From positions 510,001-542,000 of the forward strand of contig NC_022349.1 in the NCBI RefSeq assembly GCF_000354175.2: a stretch of 32,000 nt of DNA, given 5' to 3'. Below are positions 27,120 through 32,000 of the stretch, piece by piece. A program made the position numbers and the translations under genes. The DNA is from Vibrio alginolyticus NBRC 15630 = ATCC 17749. GTDB lineage: Bacteria; Pseudomonadota; Gammaproteobacteria; Enterobacterales; Vibrionaceae. Numbering within the stretch: the stretch's first letter is position 1; each line of letters opens with the position of its first letter. The notes under the pieces were generated by a model that saw nothing but the letters and a program-made list of their open reading frames with translations, was not told the DNA's origin and searched no databases.

Positions 27120-27515
27120 GGTTTCTTATGATTTTTGGCAGTATATCAGCATGAAACAAATTTTTACTATTGTTTATCTCGGAAACACGCCTGTTTCTCT
27201 TTGAGCTCAATGCATTTAATGGGTTGCATAAGGGTTGATGGTGCTTATAAGTCTAGAAATTTATCTTAGTTTTGTTGGACTTTAATGCTTTCATTTATTC
27301 AATTCTAAAGCTTCTATGTAATTTTAATCAATTTGGAGGAGTTGATTGATTTGTACACGAATTAAACTTGTTCCTTGTTAATTAAAATAGATATTGTTTT
27401 GTTGATTGTTTGGTGATTTACTCATGATCCCTCAGTAACAAAGGTATAAATAATTAATGGACGACCCCTTTAGTCGACAAAACCCTTCACCATATGTCTT
27501 CTTATTATTGGAGAC

Positions 27516-28292
27516 ATGCTCATGCTAGAACTTTTTATGCAACCAGAAGCTTGGGCTATTTTCGCCACTTTGTTTGCGCTTGAAGTTGTCTTAGGCGTTG
27601 ATAACGTCGTTTTTATCTCTGTCTTATGTGAAAGACTGCCGCTGCACCAACGTAAGCTGGCAAGAAACCTTGGTATTGGTCTTGCTGTTATTGCTCGTAT
27701 TGGTTTAGTGTTTTCAATCTCTTGGATCATGCAACTGACTCAACCGCTATTTTCTTTGGCGAACCATGCGTTTACCGGAAGAGACGTTATCATGATTGCG
27801 GGTGGTGCATTCCTCTTGGCTAAAAGCCTGAAAGAGTTGTGGAGTTGGTTAAATCACAACGAGTCGGCTCACTCAACTCACGCCCGTACTGGTTTAGCGG
27901 TAGTTCTGTTGCAGATTGTTGCCGTGGATGCTGTATTCTCGATGGACTCGGTGATAACCGCCGTTGGTTTGACAAGTGATGTCCCACTTATGGTCGCAGC
28001 GATTGTTTCTTCTGCTATCGTGATGGTCATGACAGCAGAAAAAATCAATAACCTGGTGTCGTGTTACCCTGGTTTTAAGACACTTGCTTTGTTATTCCTC
28101 GTTTTGTTAGGTGGTTTATTGATGGCAGAAGGCTTCGAAATTCATATCAACAAAGGTTATGTGTACTTTGCGATGGCATTCGGCTTAATTCTGGAACTTT
28201 GTCATATCCAGTTAAAAAACAAACAACGCCCGACTATTAAACGTCTTAGTCCGTTGCGAGTTCATCCAACGAGATTAGAAGCTCGTCAATAA
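27516..28292 (+). CDS. TerC-family integral membrane protein
   Basis: The 258-aa polytopic product has the hallmark EVVLGVDNVVFISV and a second half-repeat (VAVDAVFSMDSVITAVG). Confidence 0.8.
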   Translation: MLMLELFMQPEAWAIFATLFALEVVLGVDNVVFISVLCERLPLHQRKLARNLGIGLAVIARIGLVFSISWIMQLTQPLFSLANHAFTGRDVIMIAGGAFLLAKSLKELWSWLNHNESAHSTHARTGLAVVLLQIVAVDAVFSMDSVITAVGLTSDVPLMVAAIVSSAIVMVMTAEKINNLVSCYPGFKTLALLFLVLLGGLLMAEGFEIHINKGYVYFAMAFGLILELCHIQLKNKQRPTIKRLSPLRVHPTRLEARQ

Positions 28293-28302
28293 TAAAAGAT
28301 AT

Positions 28303-28328
28303 TGCCGCTCATATGAGCGGCATTTTTA
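28303..28328 (+). terminator. Rho-independent terminator of the TerC-family gene
   Basis: TGCCGCTCAT / ATGAGCGGCA form a perfect GC-rich hairpin (28303-28322). It is followed by TTTTT and begins 11 nt after the stop codon. Confidence 0.8.
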
Positions 28329-28452
28329 TATTCGTCATCACCTATTTTTAGTCTCTTTTTATTTTGTTGTCGTTTCGACAAAAAATCGCATTTGTTGTGG
28401 GGTTGAAGATTTTTTATATAGACCGCCCAACTAATATGAGTGAACGACAATA

Positions 28453-29055
28453 ATGGATAAAATGATCGATGCGTTAGCAACCCATGGCTACTACATCTGG
28501 GATGATTTTCTTTCTGAACAAGAAGTGGCTCAATTACGAGACTGCATTCCAAGTAACTGGAAAAAAGCGCGTATTGGTCGTAATGACGATGTGACACGTA
28601 TTGAGTCAATTCGAAGTGACAAAATTCAATGGTTATCGCCCAATATGGGGCACGCGGTTACTTCTTACTTAGATAAGATGGAAGAAATACGCCAAGAAGT
28701 GAACCGTCACTTGTTTCTGGGGCTTTTTGAGTATGAAGCTCACTTTGCCAAGTACGAGGAAGGGGATTTCTACCAAAAGCATCTAGATTGTTTTAAGGGC
28801 AATGAAAACCGTCGATTGACAACCGTTTTTTACATGAACGAATCTTGGACGGAAAAGGATGCAGGTGAATTGGTGGTTTACGATCTAAATGATAATAAGA
28901 TAGCAACCATCCCTCCTCAATCGGGACGCTTACTTTTATTCTTATCTGAGCAATTCCCGCATGAGGTTTTACCGACCAATGCTGAGCGTTTCAGTATTGC
29001 AGGTTGGTTCAGAATCAATGGTGTGCGAGACAATGTACTTGATATTGCAAAATGA
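28453..29055 (+). CDS. 2-oxoglutarate/Fe(II)-dependent oxygenase (prolyl-hydroxylase-like, 2OG-FeII_Oxy_3 type)
   Basis: The 200-aa product has an HxD facial-triad element in YQKHLDCF and a distal His in FPHEVLP. An Arg/Ser motif (RFSIAGWF) follows, as in P4H-like small oxygenases. Confidence 0.75.
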   Translation: MDKMIDALATHGYYIWDDFLSEQEVAQLRDCIPSNWKKARIGRNDDVTRIESIRSDKIQWLSPNMGHAVTSYLDKMEEIRQEVNRHLFLGLFEYEAHFAKYEEGDFYQKHLDCFKGNENRRLTTVFYMNESWTEKDAGELVVYDLNDNKIATIPPQSGRLLLFLSEQFPHEVLPTNAERFSIAGWFRINGVRDNVLDIAK

Positions 29056-29082
29056 TTGATTTGCAACCTGCACAAAATCAGC

Positions 29083-29104
29083 AAAGGGCGTATCTACGCC
29101 CTTT
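29083..29104. terminator. Bidirectional hairpin terminator between convergent genes
   Basis: AAAGGGCG tatcta CGCCCTTT forms a GC core with A/T tracts on both sides. It sits in the 54-bp gap between the oxygenase stop (29055) and the HD-GYP stop (29110). Confidence 0.65.
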
Positions 29105-29109
29105 ATCGA

Positions 29110-30375
29110 TTAAACATTAGTTGATAGCTCGTAACACTCGGTCATGTTTCGCTCTAGCACTGCATAGACGTCAGAACAAAGTTCTTGTTTAGCGACTTGC
29201 TCGCCCATAATCGCGGCGATTTGTGCTTGAGCCATTCGTCCTCGGTAGGGACGGTCCTGAGACAGAGCTTGAAAAACATCGGCAACCGCGACAATACGCG
29301 ATGGTACATCGAGTTCGTCTCCTGTTTTATGATAAGGATAGCCAGAACCGTCCAAACGCTCGTGATGATTAGAGGCCCACTCCGCTATTTTAGCGTTGGG
29401 AAACACTTTGTGTAATGCGAGCTGAGTATCAATTGTATGGCGTTTAATACGCGTATACTCTTGTTTATTAAGAGAGCCTTCTTTATGAAGAATCTCATCT
29501 GGTGTTTTTAACTTTCCGATATCATGCACCAACCCAGCAATAAATAACATCTCTTGGTCGTGCTCACAGAACCCAAGCTTGATGGCTAGATACCGAGATA
29601 ACTCCGCCACTTTTTGCGAATGTTGATAAGTAAATGGGCTTTTTGCGTCAACAATTCGAGCGATAAACATGCCCAAACTATTCATATCTTGGATGGTGAG
29701 CTGTTTTTGAAGCCAATCAATGCTTTTAAAGTTTAATCCGATGGTTTCTATATTTTCAGACTCCATCGCGAACCAAAATGCGTCGGTCATAACGAGCTTA
29801 ACCATTGCCTTAGCCATGTCTGGATTAAACAAAGTTCCAGCGTTTGCCATGATGCATTCTGCAATTAGTTCTTCATGAAGTGTGACAATGTCACAGTGGC
29901 AGTTCATGACGTATTTGGAACGCATAAAATCGAGACGGTCGGCTAAATAGAGTAGGGCAGCGACCTCTTTTTCAAAAGGCGGTAAATCAAGATATTTTAG
30001 TTCACTCCAATGTGTATGGTGGTAAAGAACAGGTGTAGCAAACTGACGCAACAAACGACACTGCTTGAGGCTTCGGTATCCTCTTAAGCAATGTGTTTTT
30101 ACGTCTTGTGGCACCAACTCCTCAAGTAACATTTTATGTTCTTGTGTTTCGGAGACCCCACAATCGTGGATCATCCCTGCGAAGTAGCAAAACTCCGCTT
30201 TTTCTGGTTCCCAGTTCATGACCCGAGCACATTGGTAAGCGATGTAAGCGACACGGTGGCTATGGTGCGTATCATCAACACCTACATAGTCGAGTGCTCG
30301 AGCAACCCAGATAAGTGCTTGTTTCAGATCGACTTCAAAGCCCATGTCCGTATGGGAATGGCAAGAATGATTCAT
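29110..30375 (-). CDS. Tandem HD-domain protein: degenerate HD(-GYP-like) domain plus a canonical HD-GYP domain
   Basis: The 421-aa product has a C-terminal half with QHSQKVA, HDIGK and HHERLDGSGYPYH. The N-terminal half has HSHRVAYIA, HDCGVS, YHHTHW and LADRLD but no GYP loop. Confidence 0.8.
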   Translation of the reverse strand: MNHSCHSHTDMGFEVDLKQALIWVARALDYVGVDDTHHSHRVAYIAYQCARVMNWEPEKAEFCYFAGMIHDCGVSETQEHKMLLEELVPQDVKTHCLRGYRSLKQCRLLRQFATPVLYHHTHWSELKYLDLPPFEKEVAALLYLADRLDFMRSKYVMNCHCDIVTLHEELIAECIMANAGTLFNPDMAKAMVKLVMTDAFWFAMESENIETIGLNFKSIDWLQKQLTIQDMNSLGMFIARIVDAKSPFTYQHSQKVAELSRYLAIKLGFCEHDQEMLFIAGLVHDIGKLKTPDEILHKEGSLNKQEYTRIKRHTIDTQLALHKVFPNAKIAEWASNHHERLDGSGYPYHKTGDELDVPSRIVAVADVFQALSQDRPYRGRMAQAQIAAIMGEQVAKQELCSDVYAVLERNMTECYELSTNV

Positions 30376-31004
30376 GGTTTATACCGACATTGCTAATTAG
30401 CCCACGCTAAACCCAAATCAGAAGGTGATAGGAAAAATTGGGTACGACAGCGAATAGACCCCAAAAAGGTGGGCGTTTAGACATAGTTTTGATTATGGGC
30501 GGGATAATAATCCTAGTTGCATAATAATATCACCTGAAGCTCATGGTTAAGAGTCAGATATTTGAACTAAGTATAAGTTTTGAAAGATTATTGTTGCTCT
30601 TGTTGACTTATTTGAAAACGACAATAAATCATGATGTAACACATTCTTATTTTTATTTTTGTAAATCGTGTTCGGGCTTAACCAGAGACACACGGTATTG
30701 ATGTGTGATTAACAGAATTCATATTGTTGCTTTTGAAGGCAAAAAATAAGAGGACTTCTTCGAGGCTTGCTCTGTAACTAACAGAGTAATAGGGAAAGCA
30801 GCTTGTTAACTACATGACAATAGAGCGTCGTTGAAAACATTTTCTCTGTAGCTCATGTCGTTGAGGAAAGATAATAAAATGGTACGGTTTCCCAGCGATG
30901 CTAGCCCTTTTAGTGAGATAAGTTTATTGAAAATGTGTGATTGCAAAGTAAGCATAGGTAGTAAAAGTAGCTAGAATGATAGCTCTAAATGAAAAGGATT
31001 TCGT

Positions 31005-32000
31005 ATGTTGAAGCATCGTTTATATCGGAGTTACACCGCAGGGTTAAAAATAGCAGCCCTTATCCTTCCTATGCCGAGACCAACCTTGTTTTCCGGCCCT
31101 GGTTCGATGAATGAGCTATTAGAATCGATGACCGAGCTGGGATTTAAACGCGTTTTGTTAGTTACCGACGAAGGGTTGGTCCAAGTCGGTATTGTAGATA
31201 AGGTGCTTGAGGCAGCAGCACAACTCGATTTACAGTTAGATGTTTTCTCGCAAGTTAAGCCCGATCCTACCTATGATCAGGTTGAGAGCGGTCTAGAGGC
31301 TTATCATCGTTTTCATTGTGAGGGCATATTAGCTTTGGGTGGCGGCTCTGCAATGGATTGTGCAAAAGTTATTGCTGCGAAAGTTACCAATAAACGGCCA
31401 ATAAAAAAATTAGCTGGACTATTGAAGGTATGGCGAATGCCAGCACCGCTTTTTGCTATTCCAACAACGGCTGGAACCGGAAGTGAAGTTACTATCGCTG
31501 CGGTCGTGTCAGATCCCTCCTCACACATTAAAACCCCTTTAATGGATCCAAAGTTGGTGCCACTAATGGCAGCTTTAGATGCGAATTTAATGATTGGTTT
31601 ACCTCCTAAGATCACGGCTGATACTGGCGTTGATGCATTAACCCACGCTATTGAGGCCTATGTATCGAAAAACGCTACTCAAGAAACGATGGCTTATTCG
31701 GTTGCCGCTATTAAACTCATTTTTAAATATCTTCCTAGGGCTGTGATGCAAGGGGATGATGTCGAAGCTCGTCATAAAATGGCTATGGCATCCTATTACG
31801 CGGGTTTAGCATTTACCAAAGCGAGTTTGGGTTATGTTCATGCCTTTGCTCACACATTCGGTGCGAGATATGGAATACCTCATGGTATGGCAAACGGATT
31901 AGCCTTGTTGCCTGTGCTGCGCTTTTCATTATCAGAGATTGAGCCTCAACTAAGAAAGCTCGATGAGTTGACGGCCGAGGGGCAGTTAGGTAACGCAAGT
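31005..32000 (+). CDS. Iron-containing (type III) alcohol dehydrogenase, 5' 332 codons (3' end beyond the window)
   Basis: This ORF is not in the track because there is no stop before the window end. My translation from the ATG at 31005 is MLKHRLYRSYTAGLK.... It contains GGGSAMD (nt 31338-31358), PTTAGTGSE, and metal-binding His motifs DALTHAIEAY and GYVHAFAHTFG...PHG. Confidence 0.85.
   Translation, partial: MLKHRLYRSYTAGLKIAALILPMPRPTLFSGPGSMNELLESMTELGFKRVLLVTDEGLVQVGIVDKVLEAAAQLDLQLDVFSQVKPDPTYDQVESGLEAYHRFHCEGILALGGGSAMDCAKVIAAKVTNKRPIKKLAGLLKVWRMPAPLFAIPTTAGTGSEVTIAAVVSDPSSHIKTPLMDPKLVPLMAALDANLMIGLPPKITADTGVDALTHAIEAYVSKNATQETMAYSVAAIKLIFKYLPRAVMQGDDVEARHKMAMASYYAGLAFTKASLGYVHAFAHTFGARYGIPHGMANGLALLPVLRFSLSEIEPQLRKLDELTAEGQLGNAS

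Noticed and set aside
27326-27347. AATCAA-N10-TTGATT inverted repeat in the LysR/TerC divergent region as a LysR T-N11-A box
   Set aside because: The spacing does not fit the classical T-N11-A geometry and the arms are short and AT-rich in an AT-rich region. The GGAGGAG in its spacer is not followed by a usable start codon.
27120-27515. yybP-ykoY (Mn2+/pH) riboswitch upstream of the TerC-family gene
   Set aside because: I expected it from family precedent, but I could not find the conserved GGGGAGUAG-type core or a four-way-junction arrangement by eye. Only a local SD hairpin is reported. A covariance-model scan is needed to be sure.
28286-28609. 107-aa minus-strand ORF spanning the TerC terminator and the oxygenase start
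   Set aside because: It would read through a strong plus-strand terminator hairpin and overlap a supported gene. The sequence looks non-protein-like.
1-32000. Defence islands, mobile elements, CRISPR arrays, tRNA/rRNA genes, integron or prophage remnants
   Set aside because: No ORF has nuclease/helicase/methylase, integrase, transposase or phage-structural signatures. No spaced direct-repeat array and no cloverleaf-like or rRNA-like sequence was seen. Apart from three small genes of unknown or uncertain function (a putative lipoprotein, a small secreted protein and a UPF0303-like protein), every sizeable ORF is explained by secretion, signalling, transport or metabolic families.

Overview
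This 32 kb window reads as ordinary chromosomal DNA from a Vibrionaceae-like gammaproteobacterium. That assignment is inferred from the protein families only and I cannot verify it here. I saw no rRNA, tRNA, CRISPR array, transposase, integrase, phage gene or recognisable defence system.

Gene content in order:
- 1-9494: a tightly coupled six-gene type I secretion (T1SS) operon. It holds the 3' ~3.2 kb of a giant repeat adhesin whose 5' end is cut by the window edge, then an ABC exporter, a HlyD-type fusion protein, a TolC-type channel, an OmpA-like lipoprotein and a degenerate PstS-like periplasmic protein.
- 9643-12018: a DeoR regulator, a Gfo/Idh/MocA oxidoreductase and a UPF0303-like protein, forming a mini-operon with an operator-like palindrome and a terminator.
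- 12149-13726: a dCache-GGDEF diguanylate cyclase.
- 13778-15678: a putative lipoprotein, a small secreted protein and a GNAT acetyltransferase.
- 15927-19149: a DASS transporter, a soluble histidine kinase with a degenerate cyclic-nucleotide-binding-like domain, and a receiver-only response regulator.
- 19257-22665: a PAS/degenerate-GGDEF/EAL protein divergent from an HD-GYP protein.
- 22868-23491: a LysE-family exporter.
- 23704-26152: a YjjI-family glycyl radical enzyme with its YjjW-family activase.
- 26172-27119: a LysR regulator.
- 27516-28292: a TerC-family membrane protein.
- 28453-29055: a 2OG-Fe(II) oxygenase.
- 29110-30375: a second HD-GYP protein carrying an extra degenerate HD domain.
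- 31005-32000: the 5' part of an iron-type alcohol dehydrogenase. It is missing from the ORF track because it has no stop codon inside the window.

None of this amounts to a clearly new system. The candidates most worth follow-up are:
- the short YjjI/YjjW glycyl radical pair, whose substrate is unknown;
- the transporter-linked cNMP-like kinase/receiver module;
- the uncharacterised OmpA/PstS-like accessory pair of the T1SS;
- the local concentration of c-di-GMP turnover genes.
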